Shown: positions 37,065 through 46,040 of the stretch, in pieces
Layout of the letters: every line of letters starts with the position of its first letter
Position numbering within the stretch: the first letter of the stretch is position 1
NCBI GenBank assembly: GCA_041559695.1
Contig: JBFFCW010000001.1
Span: 1-52,789 of the forward strand
Length of the DNA stretch: 52,789 nucleotides
Source: Desulfobacterales bacterium
GTDB taxonomy: Bacteria > Desulfobacterota > Desulfobacteria > Desulfobacterales > JAHEIW01
Reading direction: 5' to 3'
The notes under the pieces: model-generated
What the model saw: the letters and a program-made list of their open reading frames with translations, nothing else
Database searches by the model: none
Told to the model about the DNA's origin: nothing
Position numbers and translations under genes: made by a program

Positions 37065-37742
37065 ATGGCTTCAGAAGAAAGAACAAAAGAAATCATAAAC
37101 GAGATTCGTCAGGCACTGATAAACTATGATGAGGATGGCGTGCAAGAGTGGTGCAAAACTGCCCTGGACGAAGGTGTTGACCCATTCCGCGCAACCATGG
37201 AAGGGATTGCCGACGGGATGATAGAGGTGGGAGATCTTTACAATAAAAAGGAATACTTTGTCCCTGAACTGCTGCTTTGCTCGGATGCATTATATGCCGG
37301 ACTGGACATTCTAAGGCCGGCCATCAAGGAATCGGGCCGGGAATCCGAGGCCAAAGGCTCCATCGTCCTGGGTGTGGTCGAGGGCGATGTTCATGACATC
37401 GGTAAGAACCTGATCAAGATGATGTTCGATGTCGCCGGATGGACCGTTTATGATCTGGGAAAGGATGTGCCGCTAGAAAAATTTCTGGAAGAGCAGATGA
37501 AGACGGATTGCGACATCGTCGGTCTCTCCGCACTGATGACCACCAGCATGGTGGCGATGCCCGAAATTGTAAAGAAGCTGAAAGAGAAAAATCCCAACGT
37601 CCGCATCATGCTCGGTGGCGCTCCCATCACACCGGAACTTGTAGACACGTACGGCGCTGACGGCTATGCAGAAAGCGCCGGGACCGCCGTTGACGAAGCG
37701 ATCAAACTGATCAAGATGCTGAAGGAAGAAGAAATGAAATAG
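37065..37742 (+). CDS. B12-binding corrinoid protein
   Basis: [15 protein letters not shown] and GGAP motifs. AAGGAGG RBS. It ends TAG-TCC-TGA. Confidence 0.85.
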   Translation: MASEERTKEIINEIRQALINYDEDGVQEWCKTALDEGVDPFRATMEGIADGMIEVGDLYNKKEYFVPELLLCSDALYAGLDILRPAIKESGRESEAKGSIVLGVVEGDVHDIGKNLIKMMFDVAGWTVYDLGKDVPLEKFLEEQMKTDCDIVGLSALMTTSMVAMPEIVKKLKEKNPNVRIMLGGAPITPELVDTYGADGYAESAGTAVDEAIKLIKMLKEEEMK

Positions 37743-37846
37743 TCCTGATGGCTTAAAACCGCGACGGTACCAATATTGAAGGCCCGGTAAGGGATTCATC
37801 AAGCGCTAACAGTACTTAACCACAATATATCGAAAGGGAATGAAGT

Positions 37847-40800
37847 ATGCCAGGAAATGAGGAAGATAAATATTTAGTCATTTTTCAGCCATCCGGGTGC
37901 CGGGGCTACCTTGAGAAAGGAACGAGCCTTAAAGAGGCCTCGGTGGCGCTGGGTGTTGATATAGAGGGCGTATGCGGCGAAAAGGCCATTTGCGGCACGT
38001 GCAAGGTTCGCATCGAAGAAGGTAATTTCGAGAAATACGGCATAACGTCAACCCGGGAAAATCTTTCCCCCATGGGGCCGACGGAAAGAAAGTTCTTCAA
38101 TCTCCAGCAGGAGGAAGAAGGCTACCGTCTGGCCTGCCAGACAAAGATACTGGGAGATGTCGTCCTGTTCGTCCCCGAGGAGAGCCGCATGGGCAAACAG
38201 GTCGTCCGCAAAGCGGCCACCGACAGGCCGATGAATTTAAACCCGGCGGTAAAGAAGTACTATGTGGAGCTTAAAAAGGCCACCCTGGAGGATACCCTCG
38301 GCGACCTGGAGCGGCTTACAAACGCACTTGAAAAAGAGTACAACCTGAGTAATCTCTCGATTGATTATCAGGTGCTCATGGAACTCCAAACCGTCGTACG
38401 TGAAGGTGATTGGAAGATAACCGCAACCGTCTGGCATAATAAAGAGATCATCAAAGTCGAGCCGGGACGTGTCGAAAAGGTTTACGGTCTTGCGGTGGAT
38501 GTGGGTACATCCACAGTTGCCGGTTACCTTTGTGATTTGACGGACGGCAAAGTTCTGACGACCGGCTCCATGATGAATCCGCAGGTGGTATATGGCGAAG
38601 ATGTAATGTCCCGTATCAGTTTCACCATGACCAACCCCAGAGGTCTCGAGATCCTAAACGGTGCCATTATTGACGGCCTCAACGGAGTTGCGGATGAGGT
38701 TGCATCCGCAGTGGGTATTAAACGACAGGATATCGTCGATATGTCCATCGTGGGCAATACCTGTATGCACCATATCTACCTGAATACCGATCCGAAATAT
38801 ATCGGTCGTTCCCCTTTCCCGCCCGCACTTCATCACTCAATCGATATTAAAGCCCGGGACTTTGGACTCAAAATAGAACCGGAGGCTGAAGTCGCCGGCA
38901 AGGGTATCTGGCCGCCCTGCCAGGTCGCATGCCCGGCCGGGGTCAACGGACAGGACTTCCTGTATCTCATCGCCCAGGGCAAGCACCGGGAAGCCCTCGA
39001 ACTGGTTAGGATGGCCATTCCCTTTGCCGGAGCGCTCGGGCGTATTTGCAACCATCCCTGTGAAACCGAATGCGAAAGACAATTTGTGGAAGAACCGCTT
39101 TCCATCCGCTCGCTGCATCGTTTTATTGCCGATTACGAGATCGAGCAGGGCCGGGAGAAAGCGGCACCCATCGAGAAAACAAAAGAGGAAAAGATTGCTG
39201 TCGTCGGTTCCGGGCCGGCCGGGCTTGCCTGCGCTTTTGAGCTGGTCAAAAACGGATATCCGGTGACGGTCTTTGAGGCGGAATCCGAGTGCGGCGGAAT
39301 GATGCGTTATGGCATACCCGAATACCGGCTGCCCAAAGAGATCCTGGATGACGAGATCAACTATATTAAGGAACTGGGTGTGGAGATAAAAACCAACAGC
39401 CCGGTGGACAGCATTGAGAGCCTTTTCAATCAGGGGTATAAGGCGATCTTTCTGGGTACGGGCGCCTGGTCAAGCTTGAAGCTGGAAATTCCTGATGAAG
39501 ATGCGGACGGCGTCATCCACGCCCTTGATTTTCTTAAGAAGGCCAATACCGGTGAAACGGTCGCGCTGGGTGATAAGGTGGCGGTTATTGGCGGCGGAAG
39601 CGTCGCCATCGATTCCGCCAGGCTGGCCCAGCGGCTGGGCGCCGGCGAAGTCAACCTGATTTGTCTGGAATCCACCGACCTGACCTGTGCGGACAGAATG
39701 ACGGCCCAGGACATGGAAATTGGACAGGCCGCGGAAGAAGGCGTTATTGTGCATCCGAATCTCGGCGTCGCCAAGATCCTGACGCAGGACGGCAAGGTCA
39801 CGGCCCTCGAAACTTCAAGTTGCGTCTCCGTGCTCGATTCGGAAGGCAGATTTGATCCTAAATTCAGCGACGAACCGACCCCCACCATACCGGCGGACAC
39901 CGTGATTGTTGCCATCGGTCAGAAACCGGACGGAAAAGACTTTAGCGAGCTGGAAAAATACCCGTCCGGTATTATCAAAGCAGACAAAACCACCCTGGAA
40001 ACAAATATTGCAGGGGTCTTTGCCGGCGGTGATGTGGCCTCCGGGCCGGCTGACGTCATCGGTGCTGTTGCCGGCGGTAAGAACGCCGCTATTTCCATTG
40101 AGCTTTATCTGGCCGGAATGGATGTTAAGGAATCCAGACCTGCGCCTCTTTTACGCATCGAAGAGGTGCCCAAGGATGGCGTGGTAAAAGAGGCGAGACA
40201 GGCGGAGCCCCTGCTCGAACTGCAAAAACGCAAAGGGCTTGCCGAGGTCGAGCTGGGCTATGAGGAGCAGGCGGCCAAACAGGAATCACAGCGTTGTCTG
40301 CACTGTGGCGTTTTTGCCCAGAAGGAATCCTCCGATATTGCCCAGGCCCGCGGCGTCGGGCTTAAAATCTCCCCGGGGGCCTATGTCCATGTGCTTCCGA
40401 TCGAGGCTGGCTTTGTCGGAGCCGATAATGTCGGGGTGCTCATTGCCGAAGAGCCTTACAAGCAGGATAAAATAAAGCTTATTATCGATATCGGAACCAA
40501 CGGTGAGATCATCTTCGGTAATAAAAAGATGCTGATCTCGGCATCCTGCGCCACCGGTCCTGCCTTTGAGGGCGCCGAGCTGAAATTCGGCATGCGCGCG
40601 GCGCCGGGGGCGATTGAAAAGGTGGAAATTAATCCGGAAACCAAAGATGTCCGCTTCAAAATTATTGATGAAACCCGCTGGAATACCGAGATGAAGTCGG
40701 AGGAAGTGGGCGCCAAGGGGCTCTGTGGATCCGGCATCATTGATGCCATCCCCCAGCTTTTTCTGGCAGGCGTTATCGACAAAACGGGAAAGTTTTTAAA

Positions 40801-41299
40801 GGACGATTCCAATCCCCGCCTGCGTATAGCGGATGACCAGTACGAGTATGTTATTGCCTGGGCCAAGGAGACGTCAATCGGTCAGGATGTTGTCGTCTGT
40901 CAGGACGATATCCGGGCGATACAGCTGGGTAAGGGTGCCATGTATGCGGGCAGCAAGATCCTGCTGGAAACCCTCGGAGTCGAGAAGGTAGACGAGGTCG
41001 TTTTGGCCGGTGCCTTTGGAAGTTACATAGACAAGGAATCGGCAGCGGTACTGGGGATGTTTCCCGACTGTGAACCGGAGAATGTCTATTCCGTGGGGAA
41101 TGCTGCGGGCGATGGTGCGCGTATGGCGCTGCTCGACGTTGATAAACGCAAGGAGGCCGATGAATTCGCCAGGAAGGTGGAGTACATAGAACTGACGGTG
41201 AATCCTGAGTTTGAAAAGACGTTTGCCAAATCTATGTGGATACCGCATATGAAGGATAAGTTTCCGAACCTCAGTCACATTTTACCGCAAAAAAAGTAA
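37847..41299 (+). CDS. RACo-type corrinoid reductive activase with an inserted GltD-like NAD(P)H/FAD/FeS oxidoreductase module (1150 aa)
   Basis: The N-terminus has a 2Fe-2S motif (CGEKAICGTCKV) and ASKHA motif GLAVDVGTSTVAGY. The insert at 38894-40345 carries CQVACPAG..CNHPCETECER, KIAVVGSGPAGLACAFEL, KVAVIGGGSVAIDSAR and FAGGDV. The ASKHA fold then resumes (AGFVGADN, IDIGTNGE, CATGPAFEGA). Confidence 0.85.
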   Translation: MPGNEEDKYLVIFQPSGCRGYLEKGTSLKEASVALGVDIEGVCGEKAICGTCKVRIEEGNFEKYGITSTRENLSPMGPTERKFFNLQQEEEGYRLACQTKILGDVVLFVPEESRMGKQVVRKAATDRPMNLNPAVKKYYVELKKATLEDTLGDLERLTNALEKEYNLSNLSIDYQVLMELQTVVREGDWKITATVWHNKEIIKVEPGRVEKVYGLAVDVGTSTVAGYLCDLTDGKVLTTGSMMNPQVVYGEDVMSRISFTMTNPRGLEILNGAIIDGLNGVADEVASAVGIKRQDIVDMSIVGNTCMHHIYLNTDPKYIGRSPFPPALHHSIDIKARDFGLKIEPEAEVAGKGIWPPCQVACPAGVNGQDFLYLIAQGKHREALELVRMAIPFAGALGRICNHPCETECERQFVEEPLSIRSLHRFIADYEIEQGREKAAPIEKTKEEKIAVVGSGPAGLACAFELVKNGYPVTVFEAESECGGMMRYGIPEYRLPKEILDDEINYIKELGVEIKTNSPVDSIESLFNQGYKAIFLGTGAWSSLKLEIPDEDADGVIHALDFLKKANTGETVALGDKVAVIGGGSVAIDSARLAQRLGAGEVNLICLESTDLTCADRMTAQDMEIGQAAEEGVIVHPNLGVAKILTQDGKVTALETSSCVSVLDSEGRFDPKFSDEPTPTIPADTVIVAIGQKPDGKDFSELEKYPSGIIKADKTTLETNIAGVFAGGDVASGPADVIGAVAGGKNAAISIELYLAGMDVKESRPAPLLRIEEVPKDGVVKEARQAEPLLELQKRKGLAEVELGYEEQAAKQESQRCLHCGVFAQKESSDIAQARGVGLKISPGAYVHVLPIEAGFVGADNVGVLIAEEPYKQDKIKLIIDIGTNGEIIFGNKKMLISASCATGPAFEGAELKFGMRAAPGAIEKVEINPETKDVRFKIIDETRWNTEMKSEEVGAKGLCGSGIIDAIPQLFLAGVIDKTGKFLKDDSNPRLRIADDQYEYVIAWAKETSIGQDVVVCQDDIRAIQLGKGAMYAGSKILLETLGVEKVDEVVLAGAFGSYIDKESAAVLGMFPDCEPENVYSVGNAAGDGARMALLDVDKRKEADEFARKVEYIELTVNPEFEKTFAKSMWIPHMKDKFPNLSHILPQKK

Positions 41300-41308
41300 A
41301 CCAACGGT

Positions 41309-41345
41309 TGTGAAATTCCCCGCCCAAAAGGGCGGGGAATTCACA
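41309..41345 (+). other. Strong GC-rich intercistronic stem-loop
   Basis: TGTGAAATTCCCCGCCC-aaaa-GGGCGGGGAATTCACA (12 perfect bp plus a 4-bp extension with one bulge). There is no U-tract. Confidence 0.6.
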
Positions 41346-41365
41346 AAACAGGAGGAAAATGAGAT

Positions 41366-42409
41366 ATGAACACAGAACTTAGCTCCAAAGAGAGAGTGCT
41401 TAAATTTTTTGCACGGGAACAGATAGACCGTCTTCCGGTCTTCAGCGGCTATGGGAATGTAACCGTACACGGACTTGAGAAATACGGCTGGAATTTTGCC
41501 GAGATACATGTGGACGCCAATAAAATGGCAAGCGTGGCGGCGTCCACCTATCAGCTCTTTGGTTTAGAATGTGCAGCCGTCCCCTTTGATATGGGGGTTG
41601 AGGCCGAAGCCCTTGGCGCCGGCGTAAACTTTTATTCCCACCACACCGATATCGTTTACCCCACCATAACAAAAAAGGTGTCGGAAACCGTAGCGGATCT
41701 GGACCTGCAGGTCCCGTCGGATCTGGCCGAGGCGGGGCGGATTCCTTTGGTCGTAGACGCGATTGGCCAGTTAAAAGCGGAAATCGGCGATCAAGTGCCG
41801 ATCGCGGCATGGGTGCTGGGGCCCTATACCCTGGCCGGGCAACTTGTCGATATTGGCGATTTGGCCAAGATGGCGTTTAAAAAGAAAGACATGGTCGATG
41901 GGGTACTGGACAAGCTAGCGGATGTACTCATCGAAATATCGGGGATCTATAGAGAAGCGGGGGCTGACTACATTACCGTCCGCGAGATGGGGGCTGGGCC
42001 GGATATATTGAGCCCGCGTATGTTTAAAACCCTTATTCGGCCCCATCTGGAGAAAGTCTTCAAGGGCTTGGCATCGCCCAAAATCCTGCATATTTGTGGA
42101 GATACGAATACCATTGTCGAGGAGATGGCCCTCTGCGGGGCAGACGCCATCAGCGTAGACCAGGTGAACGACGTGGCGGAATCGCGCAAGAAGTTGGGAT
42201 CGGATGTATGTATTTTGGGCAATGTCGATCCTTATAAAGTAATTGTGACCGGAAGCCCGGAGGATGTGGACAATGCCGTAAAAGAAGCCGTTGCGAACGG
42301 TGTCAGTGCCATCTGGCCCGGGTGTGACATTTTCCCGGCCGCTCCCAAGGAGAACATGGAAGCGCTGATTGCCGCGACGCAGAAATATGGTAAGCTCGAG
42401 CCTTGTTAA
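41366..42409 (+). CDS. UroD-family (MtaA/MtbA-like) methyltransferase
   Basis: KERVLKFFAREQIDRLPVF..AAVPFDMGVEAEALG..LHICGD. GGAGG RBS. Confidence 0.8.
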   Translation: MNTELSSKERVLKFFAREQIDRLPVFSGYGNVTVHGLEKYGWNFAEIHVDANKMASVAASTYQLFGLECAAVPFDMGVEAEALGAGVNFYSHHTDIVYPTITKKVSETVADLDLQVPSDLAEAGRIPLVVDAIGQLKAEIGDQVPIAAWVLGPYTLAGQLVDIGDLAKMAFKKKDMVDGVLDKLADVLIEISGIYREAGADYITVREMGAGPDILSPRMFKTLIRPHLEKVFKGLASPKILHICGDTNTIVEEMALCGADAISVDQVNDVAESRKKLGSDVCILGNVDPYKVIVTGSPEDVDNAVKEAVANGVSAIWPGCDIFPAAPKENMEALIAATQKYGKLEPC

Positions 42410-42514
42410 AAAGGTATAGACCTTTTGATTTGAAGAGGCATCGCCGCATGTGTTCAGTAATGGGCTGTGCCTCTTCAGTTTTCTGCGAATCTTCTTTATA
42501 CGGAGAAAATTCAC

Positions 42515-43111
42515 ATGAAAGGTAATAAAGTCGTACCGTTCCAAAGCACCGGCAATATTTCCCAATCATTGCTGCAACGGCTCTTTGATAAGGGAAAAAC
42601 TCATGGCCTGGAGGCCATCACGCCTATTTGTACAGAAGATATCATTGTTGCCGAATGGGTCAATTTGAAATGCCGCTATGGTTGCAACCGCTATAACACC
42701 ACCTGGTGTTGTCCGCCGGCCACACCTGGACCTGATGAGGCGCGTAAGATTCTTGGAGAATTTTCTTCAGCGCTGCTTTTGGAGGTCCGGCAGCGGTATC
42801 CGGAATTTTATCTAAATAATACCCGAAAAAGAATAAAACAGGTACGCGGCTGGAAGGTAACCGTTAGCTTGGAACGTCTACTTTTTCTGGAAGGATTTTA
42901 TAAAGCGTTCAGCCTGGTGGGGGAATGCTGCGCCCTGTGCAAGGAATGCATCTACCCGGAAAATTGTCGTTTTCCGCAGGAAAAACGGCCATCGGTGGAG
43001 TCGTTTTCGATTGATGTGATCGGGACACTTCAACTTCTTGGCAAAACTCCCCAGGTTGCTGAAAATACGAAAGATTCATTTAATTACTACAGCATCATAC
43101 TATTGGAGTAA
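42515..43111 (+). CDS. DUF2284 Cys-rich predicted metal-binding protein
   Basis: LKCRYGCNRYNTTWCCPP and GECCALCKECIYPENC. GGAG lies 9 nt before ATG 42515. Confidence 0.65.
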   Translation: MKGNKVVPFQSTGNISQSLLQRLFDKGKTHGLEAITPICTEDIIVAEWVNLKCRYGCNRYNTTWCCPPATPGPDEARKILGEFSSALLLEVRQRYPEFYLNNTRKRIKQVRGWKVTVSLERLLFLEGFYKAFSLVGECCALCKECIYPENCRFPQEKRPSVESFSIDVIGTLQLLGKTPQVAENTKDSFNYYSIILLE

Positions 43112-43120
43112 ACGGTTTGT

Positions 43121-43708
43121 TTACACATTCACTCCGATGAGAATCGTTCCCAATCCTTTTTCATGGATGCCATCGAAATACTGCGCTTTTAAAAACGTAT
43201 CGCCAAGTGTACTCGGATTTGCATAGATAATGGAATGATTCTCAATCGCCTCATCGTCCAGCTGGCACCAATCCGCTTGAAGACCCGGAATTTCAAAATG
43301 GCATATTTTTTTCATTAAATCTTGCGGAAAAGAGACTTTGTCTTTATAAATAACAAAGTTTTGGTGCATAAACCAGACATCTTTACGGTCCGACAATTCG
43401 GCAAGGTGCTCTTTATCCCGGACCTCTTCACCCACCAGGTCCTGTCCTTTTTTCATAACCAAACTGGGCTGACAGCCCCAGTCAAAATCCATATTCGTCA
43501 GGGCGACATAAATAAATTCGCAGGTCAAAACTTCCCGTACGCCGGCATTGACGACATTACCGAGTCCCATAAAGGCCTTCTTTTCCGCTTCCTGCTCAAC
43601 ATCAAGCATCTTCCGGCGATCATCGCTTGCAAAAGGGCCGGCTTTCACTATGCCCTTTACGCTTTTTAAGGCTATGGTCATACTCTTGTCTATTTTCCGT
43701 CTATTCAT
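43121..43708 (-). CDS. Hypothetical protein (195 aa), family not recognised
   Basis: Clean ORF convergent with the DUF2284 gene. I could not identify any motifs. Confidence 0.4.
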   Translation of the reverse strand: MNRRKIDKSMTIALKSVKGIVKAGPFASDDRRKMLDVEQEAEKKAFMGLGNVVNAGVREVLTCEFIYVALTNMDFDWGCQPSLVMKKGQDLVGEEVRDKEHLAELSDRKDVWFMHQNFVIYKDKVSFPQDLMKKICHFEIPGLQADWCQLDDEAIENHSIIYANPSTLGDTFLKAQYFDGIHEKGLGTILIGVNV

Positions 43709-43815
43709 GGCCTTAGCGCCTTTAACGATAGGTTTGAATTGAAATGATGACGATTTGGCACGAACAAATTTACAAATCCGGCTTTTCCATGCGCTCGTAT
43801 CTCTTAAAAATCGAA

Positions 43816-44328
43816 TTACTTTTCGATTCCAATCCTGGCTCCAACGCCTTTCTGGTAATAATGCTTGATTAATCGCATCTCAGTGACCAGGTCTGCATGT
43901 TCAATAATCTGGGGGGAAGCACCGCGGCCTGTTATCACAAGTTCTAAATCAGGAGGTTTGTTTACGATTAAGTTGATAAGTTCCTGTACGGAGAAAAGGT
44001 TATGCTTCACCGCAACATTGGCCTCTTCCAAAATAATAACGTTATACGCATCAGAAAAGATGATCTTCTTTACCTTATCAAGCCCTTTCTGAGCAGCTTC
44101 GAAATCTTCTGGCGAAGGATTATTTTCGAAAAGGCCGAGCCCGAATTGTTCTACCGTAATCAGGTCGGAAAACCGCTTCAGTGATTTAATCTCACTGAAG
44201 TCTCCCAATTTAATAAACTGGGCAATGAATACCTTTAACCCGGCACCTGCAGCTCGTATGGCCAGACCCAATGCGGCTGTGGTTTTGCCTTTTCCATTAC
44301 CGGTATAAACCTGCGTATATCCTTTCAT
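43816..44328 (-). CDS. cobO: Cob(I)yrinic acid a,c-diamide / cob(I)alamin adenosyltransferase (CobO/BtuR type)
   Basis: VYTGNGKGKTTAALGLAIRAAG P-loop. The length (170 aa) and the HYY..G motif are typical. Confidence 0.8.
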   Translation of the reverse strand: MKGYTQVYTGNGKGKTTAALGLAIRAAGAGLKVFIAQFIKLGDFSEIKSLKRFSDLITVEQFGLGLFENNPSPEDFEAAQKGLDKVKKIIFSDAYNVIILEEANVAVKHNLFSVQELINLIVNKPPDLELVITGRGASPQIIEHADLVTEMRLIKHYYQKGVGARIGIEK

Positions 44329-44629
44329 AGCGCTTTAAATGTCCTTTACTTTCAACGATTATCATTATCTCGATCGGGTGAGGCCCACTCGACTGGACCA
44401 TACCCCAACTCACCCCCCAATACAATAGACAAACCGGAAAGAGAGTCAATTGCTTCCGGAAAATTTGGGTTATCAAATTATAATCGAATTGATTGAAATC
44501 ACGCCCAAAATAGCAGCTCCCAAAAACCTAAGCGGCATGATTTGAATTTAAAAGAGTTGCACCCGGTTGACTTTATCCTTATCATTTTTATGCACAGTAA
44601 CGATAAAGCATTTATCGGTTCCGGATCAA

Positions 44630-45664
44630 ATGAAACTCAGCCCAAAGAAAAGAGCATTCAAAGCGCTATTGGGAAGCAGAACCGATCGCGTGCCCGTCAC
44701 AACATTGACGGGTTGTGGCGGTTCCGTAAATGTTGACATGCAAAAGGCAACCGGCATCTTTTGGCCTGCTGCTCATAAGGACCCAAAATTAATGGCCAAA
44801 CTTGCTATTGCCGGCTATGAAATCGGCGGCATAGAATGTGTGAAGCTCCCATTTCACAACATCGTGGAAGCCGAAGCTTTAGGATGTAAAACAAGATATC
44901 CCAAACAACGGCATCTTTACCCTGTCGTCGTGGAGCATCCCTGCACGAATCCTCAGGACTTAAAGATGCCGAATCGCATCCTTGATTCGGGCAGACTGCC
45001 GGTTGTTCTGGAAGCAATACGAATAGCAAGAGAACTCGTAGGAGACTTTCTTCCGGTCTCGAGCCATGTTATCGGTCCGTTCACGCTTGCTTGCGAACTG
45101 GTCGGGATAGAGCGCTTTTCGATATGGTCTCTCAAAAATATTGAGCATGTAAGATCCGTTCTTGATTTTGCGACCGAATTTATCATTGCGTTCGGTAAAG
45201 CTCAATACCGGGCCGGTTCTGATTTTGTAACCGTTGCAGACGGCTCTCTCGCGCAGAATTTGGTAACACCTGAAGTGCTTCATCGCTTCTTAAAACCCGC
45301 TTTAATTCGAATTGCTGAAAATTTTTATGGTATCCGGCTGCTATACATCGGCGGCAAAGAAGAACCGATGGTTCCGTTTCTGGCGGAGTGCGGTTATGAT
45401 GGAATCAGCGTGGCAGAGACAGTGGATATTGCCAAGATCAAACCTCTTGTCGGGGAAGTCAAAATCCTTGGCAATGTCAGCTCTAAAACCACGTTAACCC
45501 GGGGCTCTCCCAAAGAGGTTAAATCCGAAGTCAAGAAGGCGATTGAAGGTGGGGCGGATCTGATTGAGCCCAGTTGTGGTATTCCCCCCGAAACCCCTAC
45601 CGCCAACATCAGGGCGATGGTTGAAGCGGTGAAAACATATGGGGGCCCGCTAAAGCCGAGCTGA
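44630..45664 (+). CDS. UroD-family (MtaA/MtbA-like) methyltransferase
   Basis: KKRAFKALLGSRTDRVPV..ECVKLPFHNIVEAEALG..LYIGG. ATG 44630 is chosen although its RBS is weak; the ORF track's start is at 44567. Confidence 0.7.
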   Translation: MKLSPKKRAFKALLGSRTDRVPVTTLTGCGGSVNVDMQKATGIFWPAAHKDPKLMAKLAIAGYEIGGIECVKLPFHNIVEAEALGCKTRYPKQRHLYPVVVEHPCTNPQDLKMPNRILDSGRLPVVLEAIRIARELVGDFLPVSSHVIGPFTLACELVGIERFSIWSLKNIEHVRSVLDFATEFIIAFGKAQYRAGSDFVTVADGSLAQNLVTPEVLHRFLKPALIRIAENFYGIRLLYIGGKEEPMVPFLAECGYDGISVAETVDIAKIKPLVGEVKILGNVSSKTTLTRGSPKEVKSEVKKAIEGGADLIEPSCGIPPETPTANIRAMVEAVKTYGGPLKPS

Positions 45665-45708
45665 TGCCGGTCGTTGATTGCGGCCTTGAGCCTAGGGAGA
45701 ATAAAACA

Positions 45709-45945
45709 ATGAAACATATAGATTTTAATAAATATCTAAGCAGTCGAAATAAGAAGTTAAAAAAAAGAAGTCCGGAAAGTACCCGGATCCAGACCGAGAA
45801 AGAACCATCGGCAATCATTATCCCCTTTCACGCCATGTTAAAAAATGAGTTGAAGCTATACCGCGGTAAATCCAAATCCGCTCGTCTGGGTGTGCTTGGG
45901 AAATACGATGAACTCATCGCCATGGCCCGCAAAAGGAAGTCCTAA
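45709..45945 (+). CDS. Small basic hypothetical protein (78 aa)
   Basis: GGGAG RBS 9 nt before ATG 45709. No recognisable family. Confidence 0.3.
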   Translation: MKHIDFNKYLSSRNKKLKKRSPESTRIQTEKEPSAIIIPFHAMLKNELKLYRGKSKSARLGVLGKYDELIAMARKRKS

Positions 45946-46040
45946 AATGCGTTTTCACCGTGAGGGAGAACCGAGGCCCATGGGTGTTTGGATTCGATGC
46001 CAATATGGATTAAAAATAGACCAGACAGGAAGGGACCGTC

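Noticed and set aside
44483-44550. A possible sixth box copy lies upstream of the 44630 UroD gene (CCAAAATAGCAG..., ATTGATTGAAATCA).
   Set aside because: Only the distal 12-mer and a short ATTGAAATCA stretch match. The central TCCAATGGAC palindrome is absent.
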